This document shows, one piece after another, positions 1 to 10,087 of a stretch of 64,000 bases of DNA. How positions within the stretch are numbered: position 1 is the first letter of the stretch; each line of letters opens with the position of its first letter. The notes under the pieces were generated by a model. It was not told where the DNA came from and did no database searches. It saw only the letters and a list, made by a program, of their open reading frames with translations. The position numbers and the translations under genes are program-made. This stretch comes from an uncultured delta proteobacterium (GTDB lineage: Bacteria; Myxococcota_A; Polyangia; Polyangiales; Polyangiaceae): NCBI GenBank assembly GCA_963782055.1, contig CAWAIF010000003.1:4608001-4672000 (forward strand), written 5' to 3'.

Positions 1-385
1 CATCCTCAGCCTGATGCAGATGGCGAAGACGGTCGCCGCGCTCGAGCGCCACCGCGACGCGCGCCTCCCCTTCTTCAGCGTCCTGCTCCACCCGACGACA
101 GGCGGCGTGGCGGCCAGCTTCGCGCTGCTCGGCGACGTGAACATGGCGGAGCCCAAGGCCCTCATCGGCTTCGCCGGCCCGCGCGTCATCGAGACCACCA
201 TCCGCCAGAAGCTCCCGGAGGGCTTCCAGCGCAGCGAGTTTCTCCTCGCGCACGGGATGATCGACCGCATCGTCAGCCGGCTGGAGATGCGGCAGGAGCT
301 GGCGACGCTCATCCGCATCCTGCTGCACCCGCGCCCGGACGCCGGCTCGTCGCCCTCGCTGCCTCGCGGCCTTCCCTCCGAGTGA
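1..385 (+). CDS. accD: Acetyl-CoA carboxylase carboxyltransferase beta subunit, 3' part (truncated by window edge)
   Basis: Motifs [47 protein letters not shown]; directly upstream of folC, the usual accD-folC order. Confidence 0.96.
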   Translation, partial: ILSLMQMAKTVAALERHRDARLPFFSVLLHPTTGGVAASFALLGDVNMAEPKALIGFAGPRVIETTIRQKLPEGFQRSEFLLAHGMIDRIVSRLEMRQELATLIRILLHPRPDAGSSPSLPRGLPSE

Positions 386-392
386 CGCGGCG

Positions 393-1628
393 ATGATCGC
401 CCAGCCCGCCCCCGAGCCGCGCGAGCCGCTCGCGCGCCTCTACCAGCGCGCGCCGATGGGCATGCGCCTGGGCCTCGAGCCCATGCGCGAGGCGTGCGCG
501 CGCGCCGGCCACCCCGAGCGGGATCTCGCCGTGGTGCACGTCGCCGGCACCAACGGCAAGGGCTCGGTCAGCGCGATGGTGGAGAGCATCGCCCGCCACG
601 CCGGCATGCGGACCGGCTTCTACACGTCGCCCCACCTCTGCCGCTTCGCCGAGCGCATCCGCATCGACGGCGAGCCCATCGCCGACGACGCCCTCGACGA
701 GCACCTCGGCCGCGCGCTCGATCTCGGTCCGGACCTCTCCTTCTTCGAGACCGCGACCCTAGCCGCGCTCCTCGCGCTCTCCGCGGCCCGCGTCGAGGTC
801 GCGGTGCTGGAGGTGGGCATCGGCGGGAGGCTGGACGCGACGAACGTGGTCGAGGCCCCGCGCGCCGCGGCCATCACCCGCATCGCCCTCGACCACACCG
901 AGCTGCTGGGCGAGACGCCGGAGGCCATCGCGCGGGAGAAGGCGGGCATCGCCAAGCCCGGGCTGGAGATCGTGGTGGGACCCGTCAGCGTCTCGGTCCG
1001 CCGCGCCATCGCGGAGGTCGCCGCCGCCCGCGGCGCACGCATCACCCTCGCCGAGGACGACGCCGAGGCGGAGGCCTTCCTGCGGAGCGGGGCGCCCGTC
1101 GGCCTGCCGGGCGAGCACCAGCGCGACAACGCGCGCATCGCCCACGTGCTCGGCCGCCGCATCGGCGCGGGCGCCGACGCGTGCGCGCGCGGCATCGCCG
1201 CGGTGAGGTGGCCCGGCCGCCTGGAGACGCTGCGCACGCCCGGCGGCGCGGTGCTGCTCGACGCCGCGCACAACCCCGACGGCGCGCAGGCGCTCGCGCG
1301 CTACATCGCGTCGCTCGCCCCGACACCGACAGCGCTCGTCTTCGGCACCCTCGCCGACAAGGCGTGGCCCGAGATGATCGACCGGCTCGCGCCCCTCGCC
1401 GCGCACCGCGTGTACGTCGCGCCGAAGGGGCGCGCCGCCGCCGACCTCCACGCCATCGCCGCGCGCCACCCCGGCCACGTCGCCGCTTCGCTCGACGAGG
1501 CGTACGCGCGCGCGCGCGCCGCGGCAGGCCCGGACGGCCTGGTGGTCGCGTGCGGATCCATCTATCTCATCGGCGAGCTACGCGCGCTGCTCCTCGACCT
1601 GCCTCGCGATCCGCCCATCGCCCTCTGA
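393..1628 (+). CDS. folC: Bifunctional folylpolyglutamate synthase/dihydrofolate synthase
   Basis: HVAGTNGKGS, YTSPHL, EVGIGGRLDATN, WPGRLE, LDAAHNPDG, GSIYLIG motifs. Confidence 0.96.
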   Translation: MIAQPAPEPREPLARLYQRAPMGMRLGLEPMREACARAGHPERDLAVVHVAGTNGKGSVSAMVESIARHAGMRTGFYTSPHLCRFAERIRIDGEPIADDALDEHLGRALDLGPDLSFFETATLAALLALSAARVEVAVLEVGIGGRLDATNVVEAPRAAAITRIALDHTELLGETPEAIAREKAGIAKPGLEIVVGPVSVSVRRAIAEVAAARGARITLAEDDAEAEAFLRSGAPVGLPGEHQRDNARIAHVLGRRIGAGADACARGIAAVRWPGRLETLRTPGGAVLLDAAHNPDGAQALARYIASLAPTPTALVFGTLADKAWPEMIDRLAPLAAHRVYVAPKGRAAADLHAIAARHPGHVAASLDEAYARARAAAGPDGLVVACGSIYLIGELRALLLDLPRDPPIAL

Positions 1629-1684
1629 CCTTCCGCCCCAACGTATCGGGCTCGCCGGCTGCGGCGCCTCCGCATGAGCCGACG

Positions 1685-1700
1685 TGGCACGCCGGATGCT
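1685..1700 (+). promoter_or_regulatory. Putative sigma54 -24/-12 promoter
   Basis: TGGCACGCCGGATGCT (GG-N10-GC), 70 nt upstream of ATG 1770. Confidence 0.6.
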
Positions 1701-1769
1701 CCTCCCGGGGGCGCGCGGTCGCCCGTGCGCTCTCTCTTTCGGCAAGCATTGCGAGGAAAGGAGGACCTC

Positions 1770-2218
1770 ATGTCCAACGCACACGTCGAGCGTCACCCGA
1801 GCGTCAAGCTCGCGGCGCCGCCCGTGACACGCCACGCCCGCCAGGCGTACGAGCTCTTGCACTGGGGCTTCGTCATCGCCCCGGCCATCGCCGGTCTGGA
1901 CAAGTTCGTGGACGTCCTGACGCGCTGGGACAAGTACCTCGCGCCGGCCGTCGCCGACCGCCTGCCGGTCACACCCCACTCCTTCATGGTGGCGGTGGGC
2001 GTGGCCGAGATCGTCGCCTCGCTCGTCGTCGCCGTCAGGCCACGCGTCGGCGCGTACATCGTCGCGGCGTGGCCGCCATCATCGTCGACCTCGCCACCCT
2101 GGGGACCTACCTGGACGTCGCCCTCTGCGACTTCGTCCTCTTCCTCGGCGCGCTGGCGCTCGGCCGGCTGAGCGTGGACTTCGACAGGACCCCGGGCGGA
2201 CCCGCCGCGTCACGCTGA
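1770..2218 (+). CDS. DoxX-like small membrane protein; apparent frameshift near 2070
   Basis: RBS AGGAGG before ATG 1770; QAYELLHWGFVIAPAIAGLDKF..WDKYLAP; hydrophobic C-terminus (AAIIVDLATLGTYLDVALCDFVLFLGALAL) continues in another frame to TGA 2218. Confidence 0.7.
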
Positions 2219-2450
2219 GCGCAGTCCGCGCCCGGGTGCGAAGCCCGCTTCCCTCAACGGAATGCGCGAGGCCCGCAACCGACGCGCCCGTCCTCGCCCC
2301 CAGGCGGCCCGACGAGCCCCACCAGGACGGTTTCACGGCCCCGGCTGCGACTCGCGACGCGCGGTCCTTGCGCGTGCCCGGGTGCCTGGTCGGGCGCTTT
2401 TGGCGGAATACCCCTTGCTTGCGAGGGGCCGACGAAGGAGAACGCGAGGC

Positions 2451-3185
2451 ATGGGGCTTCTGGAGCTCACCGACGAGTGCAAGAACGCCGTGGATCGCTG
2501 GGATGGGCGCGTGGGCCCGCCCGCACCCGAGAACAAGAAGACGGTGGCCCTGCGCGTCTTCCGCAGCGGCTTCGTGGAGCGCTGGTTCGCCACGTCGCAT
2601 CCCATCCTGCCGGGCGTCTGGTTCGGCGGCTTCATCCTCTACGGCGCCGCCCTCCCGTTCGTGCACCCGGAGGTGGGCGTCGCGCGCGGCCTCGGCCTCT
2701 TCGCCCTCGGCGTGCTGGTGTGGACGTTCGTGGAGTACATGCTCCACCGCTTCGTCTTCCACCTGCGTCCGTCGTCGGCGTTCAAGAGCAAGCTGCGTCA
2801 GTTCATGATGCACGGCTACCACCACGAGTTTCCCAACGACAAGATGCGCCTCGTCGCGCCGCCGCTCATGAGCTGGCCGCTGGCGGTGGTCTTCGCGGTG
2901 ATCTACCGCGTGCTGCTCGGCCCGACGGCGTGGTGGGCCATCTTCGGCGGCACCTCCCTCGGCTACCTCGCCTACGACTGGATCCACTACTACACGCACC
3001 ACTTCACCCCGACGACCGCGCTCGGCAAGTACCTGCGGCGGCTCCACATGCTGCACCACTTCGCCAACGCCGACGCGAACCACGGCATCTCCAATCCGCT
3101 GTGGGACCTGGTGCTGCGCACGTATCAGCCGCACGCGCGCGCCGGGCGGCAAGAGGCGCCGGACGCGGACCCGAGCGGCGCCTGA
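2451..3185 (+). CDS. Fatty acid hydroxylase/sterol desaturase superfamily protein (FA2H/Scs7-like)
   Basis: Four His boxes (EYMLHRFVFH, HGYHH, YDWIHYYTHH, HMLHHF), TM segments, NHGISNPLWDLV. Confidence 0.9.
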   Translation: MGLLELTDECKNAVDRWDGRVGPPAPENKKTVALRVFRSGFVERWFATSHPILPGVWFGGFILYGAALPFVHPEVGVARGLGLFALGVLVWTFVEYMLHRFVFHLRPSSAFKSKLRQFMMHGYHHEFPNDKMRLVAPPLMSWPLAVVFAVIYRVLLGPTAWWAIFGGTSLGYLAYDWIHYYTHHFTPTTALGKYLRRLHMLHHFANADANHGISNPLWDLVLRTYQPHARAGRQEAPDADPSGA

Positions 3186-3195
3186 GCCGTCGAGG

Positions 3196-3648
3196 TCATC
3201 TGGCCGAAGCCGCGAAGTTCTCGCTGAACTCCACCGCGGCGCGGCGCCCGAGGCCGCGGGCCAGCTCGCTCCGCGCGGCCGGCGCGAGGACGGCTCCGAC
3301 GGACGTCGCGTTCGGCGCGATCTCTCCGCTCAGCTTGCGGCCCGGCTCGCTGAAAACGCCCAGACGCACCGCGAGCTTGTGACCGTCGGCGGTGCGCGAG
3401 GACTCGACGCGCAACGTGAGGTAAAAGGCGCGCCCCTCCCGCGAGGCGACGAGCGTCGCCGCGCCCGCCGACTCGGTCTCGGCGCCCAGCCGGTAGCCGC
3501 AATCTCGCAGCTCGTGCTCGAGCCCGTCGAGCGCCACGTGCTGGAGGCTCGGCGGAGCCGGAGCCACGGGAGGACGCGCGCGCGGAGCTCCGCACCCCGC
3601 GAGTGCTGTCCCGACGACGAACGCGGTCAGGTGGTGCCACCTCTTCAT
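3196..3648 (-). CDS. Hypothetical lipoprotein
   Basis: MKRWHHLTAFVVGTALAGC lipobox-like signal; fills the gap downstream of the quinone reductase. Confidence 0.6.
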   Translation of the reverse strand: MKRWHHLTAFVVGTALAGCGAPRARPPVAPAPPSLQHVALDGLEHELRDCGYRLGAETESAGAATLVASREGRAFYLTLRVESSRTADGHKLAVRLGVFSEPGRKLSGEIAPNATSVGAVLAPAARSELARGLGRRAAVEFSENFAASAR

Positions 3649-3698
3649 CCTCGCCGCCGTAGACGCGGCACGACCCGGCGACAATCGTTTTGTCGCCC

Positions 3699-4658
3699 TC
3701 AGGGGACCAGCACGATCTTCCCCGCGCTCTTGCCCTCCATCACCTCGTGATGCGCCTGCGCCGCCTCCCCCAGCGCCAGCTCGCGCCCCACCACCGGCCG
3801 CAACGTCCCCGCCTCCAGCCCGGCGGCGATCGCCGCCCAGATGCTCGCTCGCTCCTCGTCGCTCGCGTTGAACAGCACCATACCGAGCACGCTCGCGTCC
3901 CGCCCCATCAAGTCGCGCGGGTTGATCTCCACCGACCCGCGGCTCCCCACCACGATCACCCGCCCGCCCCGCGCCAGCGCGCCGAGGTCGTGCCCGAGGT
4001 TCCGGTTCGCGAGCATCTCCACGATCACGTCGAATCCCGGCTTGTCGAGTCGCTCGAGCGCCTCCTTCAGGTGCTCCGGCGTGCCGTGGTCCACCGCGTG
4101 GTGCGCGCCCTCCCGCAGCACGAGCGCGCGGCCAGCCTCGCTCCCGGCGCTGCCCACCACCACGCATCCGTGCGCGCGCGCCATCTGCACCGCGGCCGTA
4201 CCCACGCCGCCGCTCGCGCCGTGCACCAGCACCACCTCGCCCGGCCGCGCCCGCGCGCGCTGGAAGAGCGAGCGGTAGGCGGTCGCGTACGGGACGCCCA
4301 GCGCGGCCCCCTGCTCGAAGGACACCGAGGTCGGCAGGTGATGGACCTGCGAGGCCTCGCACAGCGCCTTCTCCGCATACGTCCCGCTCAGCGACCCGGA
4401 GGTGAAGACGCGCGCGCCGGGCTCGAAGGGCGCGCCCCGCCCGACCGCCTCCACCTCCCCCGCCCCGTCGCTTCCCGGGGTGTAGGGCAGCGTGGGGGTG
4501 CTCGCGTAGGCACCCGCGCGCACGTACGTCTCCACCGGGTTGACCCCGGCCGCGTGCAGCCGCACCACCACCTGGCCGGGTCCGGGACGCGGATCGTCCA
4601 CCTCCTGCAGGCGGAGCACCTCCGGACCGCCGAACGCCGACACCCTTATCGCTCGCAT
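3699..4658 (-). CDS. NADPH:quinone reductase (zeta-crystallin/MDR family)
   Basis: MRAIRVSAFGGPEVL, AAGVNPVE, LPYTPGSDGAG, VLVHGASGGVG, GKIVL. Confidence 0.93.
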   Translation of the reverse strand: MRAIRVSAFGGPEVLRLQEVDDPRPGPGQVVVRLHAAGVNPVETYVRAGAYASTPTLPYTPGSDGAGEVEAVGRGAPFEPGARVFTSGSLSGTYAEKALCEASQVHHLPTSVSFEQGAALGVPYATAYRSLFQRARARPGEVVLVHGASGGVGTAAVQMARAHGCVVVGSAGSEAGRALVLREGAHHAVDHGTPEHLKEALERLDKPGFDVIVEMLANRNLGHDLGALARGGRVIVVGSRGSVEINPRDLMGRDASVLGMVLFNASDEERASIWAAIAAGLEAGTLRPVVGRELALGEAAQAHHEVMEGKSAGKIVLVP

Positions 4659-4814
4659 TGGCACTCTCCTTCTGATGCCGGCCGCGCGTCTGGCGCTGCG
4701 CCCGGCGTGGCTCCCGACGCGCAACTCCCCCGCACCCCGCGCCCCGTGCGCGCCTCCGCACGGCGTGCGTCGCGTGGCTCGTCCGCAGGCGCCTCCACCT
4801 GCGCGCCGCGGCTC

Positions 4815-4830
4815 TGGCGCACGCCTTGCT
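4815..4830 (+). promoter_or_regulatory. Putative sigma54 promoter
   Basis: TGGCGCACGCCTTGCT (GG-N10-GC with TTGC) upstream of GGAGG RBS and ATG 4860. Confidence 0.65.
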
Positions 4831-4859
4831 TGGGTCCCGGGCCTGCCACGGAGGATGCC

Positions 4860-5630
4860 ATGAAGGTCGACCAGCTCATGACGAAGGACGTGCTCACCTG
4901 CTCCCCGAGCGACTCGCTCGAGCAAGCCGCCAGGCTGATGTGGGAGCACGACTGCGGGACGCTCCCTGTCGTGGACGACACCGGACGGACCGTCGGGATG
5001 ATCACCGACCGCGACATCTCCATGTGCGCCTACATGCAGGGCCGCCGCCTGGCCGAGATCCCGGTGGCGCTCGCGGCGTCCACCTCGCTCTTCCCCGTGC
5101 ACGTGGGCGACAGCCTCCACGCGGCGGAGGACATGATGCGCCGGGGTCAGGTCCATCGCGTCCCGGTCGTGGACGGCGGCGGGCGCCCCGTAGGCCTGCT
5201 CTCCCTCGGCGACATCGCCCGCCACATGTCCGGCCACGACGGCCTGAGCGCGCGGACCATCGCCCAGACGCTCGCCGCGATCACCGCCCCGCACGATCCG
5301 GCGCTCGCCGGGCCGGTCTACCGCGTGCGTACCGTGGGCGCGGGGGGCTGGGAGGTCTTCGACCGCGCGGGGCGGCGCGTCTCCGAGCGCATGGAGACGC
5401 AATCCGACGCCGTGGTCCACGCCAAGGAGCTCGCCCACCGCGACGGCTCGGCGCAGATCATCGTGCACGCCAAGGACGGCACCATCGCCAGCGAGTTCTT
5501 CTACCAGAAGGAAGAGCGCGCCTCGCTGGAGAGCGACGACATGACGCGCAGCATGGCGGCGACGCGGCCCGCCCGTGCGCGCAAACCCGGCGCGAGGAGC
5601 GCGCACGGCAAGGGCGCACACCACAGGTAG
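4860..5630 (+). CDS. CBS-pair protein with C-terminal DUF2188-like domain
   Basis: MKVDQLMTKDV..LMWEHDCGTLPVVD..GMITDRDI (CBS pair); GGWEV..TQSDAVVHAKELA..IIVHAKDGTI resembles DUF2188. Confidence 0.85.
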   Translation: MKVDQLMTKDVLTCSPSDSLEQAARLMWEHDCGTLPVVDDTGRTVGMITDRDISMCAYMQGRRLAEIPVALAASTSLFPVHVGDSLHAAEDMMRRGQVHRVPVVDGGGRPVGLLSLGDIARHMSGHDGLSARTIAQTLAAITAPHDPALAGPVYRVRTVGAGGWEVFDRAGRRVSERMETQSDAVVHAKELAHRDGSAQIIVHAKDGTIASEFFYQKEERASLESDDMTRSMAATRPARARKPGARSAHGKGAHHR

Positions 5631-5658
5631 GCCTCGGGGATATGCTACCCTCCAGGCG

Positions 5659-6144
5659 ATGCCCAACTTCGACATCGTCTCGAAGGTCCAGTGGAACGAG
5701 GTCGACAACGCCCTCAACCAGGCCAAAAAAGAGATCGAGCAGCGCTTCGATTTCAAGGACACCTCCACCGAGCTCGAGCGCACGCCGGACGGGCTGGTCC
5801 TGCGCTCCTCCAGCGAGGACCGGCTGAAGGCCGCCTACAAGGTGCTCGAGGACAAGCTCGTCAAGCGCAAGGTCAGCCTGAAGAGCGTCGACCCGCAGAA
5901 GCCGGAGGCGACGGGCAAGGGCGGCGCCAGGATGCTGGTGAAGGTGAAGGAGGGCATCGAGGCCGAGCACGCCCGCGACATCGTCAAGCGCATCAAGGAC
6001 GGCAAGCTGAAGGTGCAGGCCTCCATCCAGGAGCAGCAGGTCCGCGTCAGCGGCAAGAACAAGGACGATCTGCAGCAAGCCATCCAGCTCGTGCGCGCCG
6101 CGGGCTTGCCGCTGGAGCTGCAGTTCGTCAACTTCCGGGACTGA
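5659..6144 (+). CDS. yajQ: YajQ family nucleotide/c-di-GMP-binding protein
   Basis: MPNFDIVSKV..EVDNALNQAKKEI..RFDFK..KVQASIQ..VRVSGKNKDDLQ..LQFVNFRD. Confidence 0.96.
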   Translation: MPNFDIVSKVQWNEVDNALNQAKKEIEQRFDFKDTSTELERTPDGLVLRSSSEDRLKAAYKVLEDKLVKRKVSLKSVDPQKPEATGKGGARMLVKVKEGIEAEHARDIVKRIKDGKLKVQASIQEQQVRVSGKNKDDLQQAIQLVRAAGLPLELQFVNFRD

Positions 6145-6148
6145 GGGC

Positions 6149-7534
6149 ATGCGATCGAAGAAGGCCCCCGCCTCCGCGGGCCGCAAGCTGTTCGGCACCG
6201 ACGGCATCCGCGGCGTCGCCAACCTGGACAAGATGACCCCCGAGCTGGCGCTCCAGCTCGGGCGCGCCATCACGCACGTCGCCGGCCGTGGCAAGCACCA
6301 CGCGCCGCGCATCCTCATCGGCAAGGACACGCGCCTCTCCGGCTACATGATCGAGACGGCCCTGGCCTCCGGCATCTGCGCCATGGGCGGGCGCGTGCTG
6401 CTGTGCGGCCCGGTGCCCACCCCCGCGGTCGCGCACCTGACGGTGAGCATGCGCGCCGACGCCGGCATCGTCATCAGCGCCAGCCACAACCCCTACGACG
6501 ACAACGGCATCAAGATCTTCGGCGCCGACGGCTTCAAGCTCCCCGACGAGACGGAGGCGGAGATCGAGCGGCTCATGGGCAACGATGCCCTGCTGGGCGC
6601 GCGGCCGACGGGCCCGGGCATCGGCCGCGCAGAGAAGCTGGAGGACGCGCGAGGGCGCTACGTCGTCTTCGCCAAGCGCACCTTCCCCGCCGACCTTTCG
6701 CTCGACGGCGTGCGCATCGTCGTCGACGCCGCGCACGGCGCCGCGTACCGCGTCGCCCCGATGGTCTTCGCCGAGCTGGGGGCGAACGTCACCAGCATCG
6801 GCGTGAAGCCCAACGGCGTGAACATCAACAAGGACTGCGGCGCCATGCACCCGGACAACGTCCGGGCCGAGGTGGTGCGGCGCCGGGCGCAGATGGGCAT
6901 CGCCCTGGACGGCGACGCCGATCGCCTCATCCTCGTCGACGAGAAGGGCGCCATCGTCGACGGCGACGCCGTCATGGCGATGTGCGCGCGCCGCATGATC
7001 GAGGAGGGCGTGCTGCGCAGGCGGACCGTCGTCGCCACGGTCATGAGCAACCTGGGCCTGGAGCGCGCCCTGGAGTCGCTCGGCGCGCGCCTGCTCCGCA
7101 CGCAGGTGGGCGACCGCTACGTCGTGGAGGCGATGCGCGGCGGCGGCTACAACCTGGGCGGCGAGCAGTCCGGCCACCTGGTGTTCCTCGACCACGCGTC
7201 GACGGGCGACGGAGTCGTCGCGGCCCTGCAGGTGCTCGCCCTCGTGCTCCGGGCGCAGCGCCCGCTGAGCGACATCGCCCGCTCGGCGATGGAGCGCGTG
7301 CCCCAGGTGCTGCACAACGTCACCCTGCCGATACGCCTGCCGCTGGAGCACATGCCCACCCTCAGCAAGCGGAGCGCCGCGGTGACGAAGGCCCTCGGCA
7401 AGCGCGGCCGCCTGCTGGTCCGCTGGAGCGGCACCGAGGCCAAGCTCCGCATCATGCTGGAGGGCCCGAAGGAGAGCGCCCTGCGCGCCTGGGCCGAGGA
7501 TCTCGCCGCGGCCGCCGAGCGCGACGCCCGCTGA
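6149..7534 (+). CDS. glmM: Phosphoglucosamine mutase
   Basis: FGTDGIRG, GKDTRLSGYM, ISASHNP, DGDADR, GGEQSGH, RWSGTE. Confidence 0.96.
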   Translation: MRSKKAPASAGRKLFGTDGIRGVANLDKMTPELALQLGRAITHVAGRGKHHAPRILIGKDTRLSGYMIETALASGICAMGGRVLLCGPVPTPAVAHLTVSMRADAGIVISASHNPYDDNGIKIFGADGFKLPDETEAEIERLMGNDALLGARPTGPGIGRAEKLEDARGRYVVFAKRTFPADLSLDGVRIVVDAAHGAAYRVAPMVFAELGANVTSIGVKPNGVNINKDCGAMHPDNVRAEVVRRRAQMGIALDGDADRLILVDEKGAIVDGDAVMAMCARRMIEEGVLRRRTVVATVMSNLGLERALESLGARLLRTQVGDRYVVEAMRGGGYNLGGEQSGHLVFLDHASTGDGVVAALQVLALVLRAQRPLSDIARSAMERVPQVLHNVTLPIRLPLEHMPTLSKRSAAVTKALGKRGRLLVRWSGTEAKLRIMLEGPKESALRAWAEDLAAAAERDAR

Positions 7535-7695
7535 CCTTCGCTTGATGGGCAGCGCGGCGCAGCAGGGTCGTCGCGCGCACTTCAGGGCAGGGCTCGTTAC
7601 GTCGGGTTACGGCACGCCTAGGCGCGCTGGCGCGGGGCGTGTATTATGTCGACAGTGGATTCCTCTAGCCTTTGTCCTGCGCGGATGGCCAAGCC

Positions 7696-8886
7696 ATGAC
7701 GGAGAAGTACCTGGATGCGGATTCGGTGCGCCGCCTCCTCGGCGACGCCGCGGCCGGCCTCCCGCAGACCGGAGACGTGGTGGCGGGCAAGTACCGCATC
7801 CAGGGGACGATCGGCGCGGGCGGTGTCGCCGAGGTGCTGGAGGCGCACCACGAGCTGCTCGACAAGGTCGTCGCCCTCAAGCTGCTGGCGCCGCAGGCGA
7901 TGCCCGGCGGCGATTTCGCCGCGCTCTCCCAGCGCTTCCTCGCCGAGGCGCGCGCCGCGGCCAAGATCGAGAGCCCGCACGTCGCGCGGGTGATGGACGT
8001 GGGTACGCTGGAGGGCGGCGCCCCCTTCATCGTCATGGAGCGCCTGGAGGGCTGCAACCTGGAGGAGCTGCTGCTCCTCGAGCAACAGCTCTCGGTGGCC
8101 GACACGGTGGACTACGTCCTGCAGGCCTTGCAGGGCCTCGCGCACGCACACGTCCTGGGCGTGGTCCACCGCGATCTGAAGCCGGCGAACCTCTTCCTCG
8201 CTCGCCAGCCGGACGGCGGGTCCATCATCAAGATCCTGGACTTCGGCATCGCCATGCTGCTGGACGACGCCGGCCGGCCGGACAACGCCGCGCGCCTCAC
8301 CGGCAGCGGCGTCGTCGTCGGCTCGCCGCTGTACATGTCGCCGGAGCAGGTCCGCAACGACTCGACGATCGATCAGCGCACCGACATCTGGTCCATCGGC
8401 GTCGTCCTCTGCGAGCTGCTCACCGGGAAGGTCCCCTTCGGGCTCTCCGCGGTGGGGATGGGGGAGCTCTTCGCCGCCATCCTGGAGGAGCCGCTGGTGC
8501 CGATCTCCGAGCGTCGTCCGGACGCGCCGAAGGAGCTGGACGCCGTGATCGCGAAGTGTCTCGCGCGCGATCCCGCCGACCGCTACGCCGACGTCTCGCA
8601 GGTCGCGCGGGCGCTCGCGCCCTTCGGCAGCGGCAAGTGGGCGCACCTGCAGGACTCCATCGAGCAGGCGTTTCGCGCGCGCCTCGCCCGCATGTCCGGG
8701 CCGGAGGCGTTCGCGCCCACCGGGGCCGCGATCACCATCTCGCTGGCGGACACGCAGGACGCCGAGCCCGCGCCGGCGGCGCCGACGCCCGCGCGCAGTA
8801 AATCCCGCACCGGCCTCTGGGTGCTGCTGCTGCTCCTGGTGGCCGCCGGCACCGCGTGGGCTGGCTACCTGCACGCCCACCGGTAG
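7696..8886 (+). CDS. Hanks-type Ser/Thr protein kinase with C-terminal TM helix
   Basis: GAGGVAEV, VALKLL, HRDLKPAN, DFG, GSPLYMSPEQ, DIWSIG; hydrophobic LWVLLLLLVAAG at C-terminus. Confidence 0.93.
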   Translation: MTEKYLDADSVRRLLGDAAAGLPQTGDVVAGKYRIQGTIGAGGVAEVLEAHHELLDKVVALKLLAPQAMPGGDFAALSQRFLAEARAAAKIESPHVARVMDVGTLEGGAPFIVMERLEGCNLEELLLLEQQLSVADTVDYVLQALQGLAHAHVLGVVHRDLKPANLFLARQPDGGSIIKILDFGIAMLLDDAGRPDNAARLTGSGVVVGSPLYMSPEQVRNDSTIDQRTDIWSIGVVLCELLTGKVPFGLSAVGMGELFAAILEEPLVPISERRPDAPKELDAVIAKCLARDPADRYADVSQVARALAPFGSGKWAHLQDSIEQAFRARLARMSGPEAFAPTGAAITISLADTQDAEPAPAAPTPARSKSRTGLWVLLLLLVAAGTAWAGYLHAHR

Positions 8887-9037
8887 ACCGCCCCAGCCCC
8901 CGATCGTTGGCCTGCTCCGGATCGGGGCCCCGGCATGATCCGGCGGTCAGGGTCGCCGCGGCGCGCACGGGTGGCATCCCCGCGCGGCGTTCCGTTTTTC
9001 TCAGCGCGCGTGATCAAACCGCCTGCGCCTGGCCATG

Positions 9038-9053
9038 TGGCATGGAACTCGCT
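9038..9053 (+). promoter_or_regulatory. Putative sigma54 promoter
   Basis: TGGCATGGAACTCGCT (GG-N10-GC) upstream of ATG 9080. Confidence 0.5.
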
Positions 9054-9079
9054 GACGGACCGGCGAGCCTGGAGACCCC

Positions 9080-10087
9080 ATGCGTCCTTCCTTCCTTGCT
9101 TGTGCGGCCGCGGCCGCCGCCACTGCCCTCACCGTGTCCCCCGCAGCGCACGCGGGCGACGCCGCCGACCTGCCGCTCCCCGCGGTCGTGGAGTACTCCG
9201 CGCCCGACGGCTGCCCCTCGCCGCGCGCCTTTCGGGAGCTGCTGAAAGCCGAGTCCGAGGACACCTCGCGGCTCGGACGCCCGTGGCGGTTCTCGGTCGG
9301 CATCGCGCGGACCTCCAGCGGCTACCGCGGCACCCTCACCACCGAGCACGGCACGCGCGTCCTCGACGCGAGGTCGTGCGACGAGGTCGCCGGCGCGCTG
9401 GCGATGGACATCGCGCTGGCGGCGCCTGATCCCGGCGACGCCGGCGAGACGGGCGACGCTGCCCCGCCCGCCGCGCCGTCCGCGGCGACGCCGCCTGCCG
9501 CGCCTCCAGCCCCGTCCGCGCCGGCCGCGTCCCCTCCCCCTCCCGCGCCGGTGGCGCTCGCACGCACGCACGCCGCGACGCCGGCCGACGACGCCAGCGG
9601 CAGGAAGCACGCCGGGTCGGGCGTGGAGCGCCGCATCGGCCTGCGCATGCAGCACCTGGGCGACGGCTCGCAGCTCTCGGCGAACGGTCCGTCGGTCACC
9701 GCGAGCTACGACTTTCCCTTCGGCCTGCCGCGGATGGAGATCGGCGTGGGCCTGAGCGTGCTCCTGCAGCCGCCGCTCGGCACGCCCGACACCACCAACG
9801 GCGCGTCCTCCAGCGTGCACCCGTGGCTGCTGCTCGACGGCGAGGTGTGTCCCATCGATGTGCCCATCGCCTCCACCGGGCTCGCCGTCCTCGGCTGCGG
9901 CCGCATCGCGATCGGCGAGGCGGGCGGCTACGGCTTCGTCGGGTGGGCCGGCGGCGGCGGTCGCGTGCGGTGGCAGTCGCCGTGGAGACTCTGGGTCGAT
10001 GCGCACCTCGATGGGTTGTATGGTACACGCATCGAGGGCATCCCCGCGCTGATGGACGCCGGCGGTGGCATCGGCGTCGACTTCTGA
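9080..10087 (+). CDS. Exported protein with predicted C-terminal outer-membrane beta-barrel (cassette 1)
   Basis: Signal peptide (AAHA), GCPS...SCDEVAGALA domain, Pro/Ala linker, amphipathic strands, terminal GIGVDF; paralog of 26421..27509. Confidence 0.7.
   Translation: MRPSFLACAAAAAATALTVSPAAHAGDAADLPLPAVVEYSAPDGCPSPRAFRELLKAESEDTSRLGRPWRFSVGIARTSSGYRGTLTTEHGTRVLDARSCDEVAGALAMDIALAAPDPGDAGETGDAAPPAAPSAATPPAAPPAPSAPAASPPPPAPVALARTHAATPADDASGRKHAGSGVERRIGLRMQHLGDGSQLSANGPSVTASYDFPFGLPRMEIGVGLSVLLQPPLGTPDTTNGASSSVHPWLLLDGEVCPIDVPIASTGLAVLGCGRIAIGEAGGYGFVGWAGGGGRVRWQSPWRLWVDAHLDGLYGTRIEGIPALMDAGGGIGVDF

Noticed and set aside
2060..2085. Programmed frameshifting in the DoxX-like gene and other broken genes
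   Set aside because: No slippery heptamer or stimulatory structure seen; sequencing indel (for example a collapsed TGGC repeat) is more parsimonious
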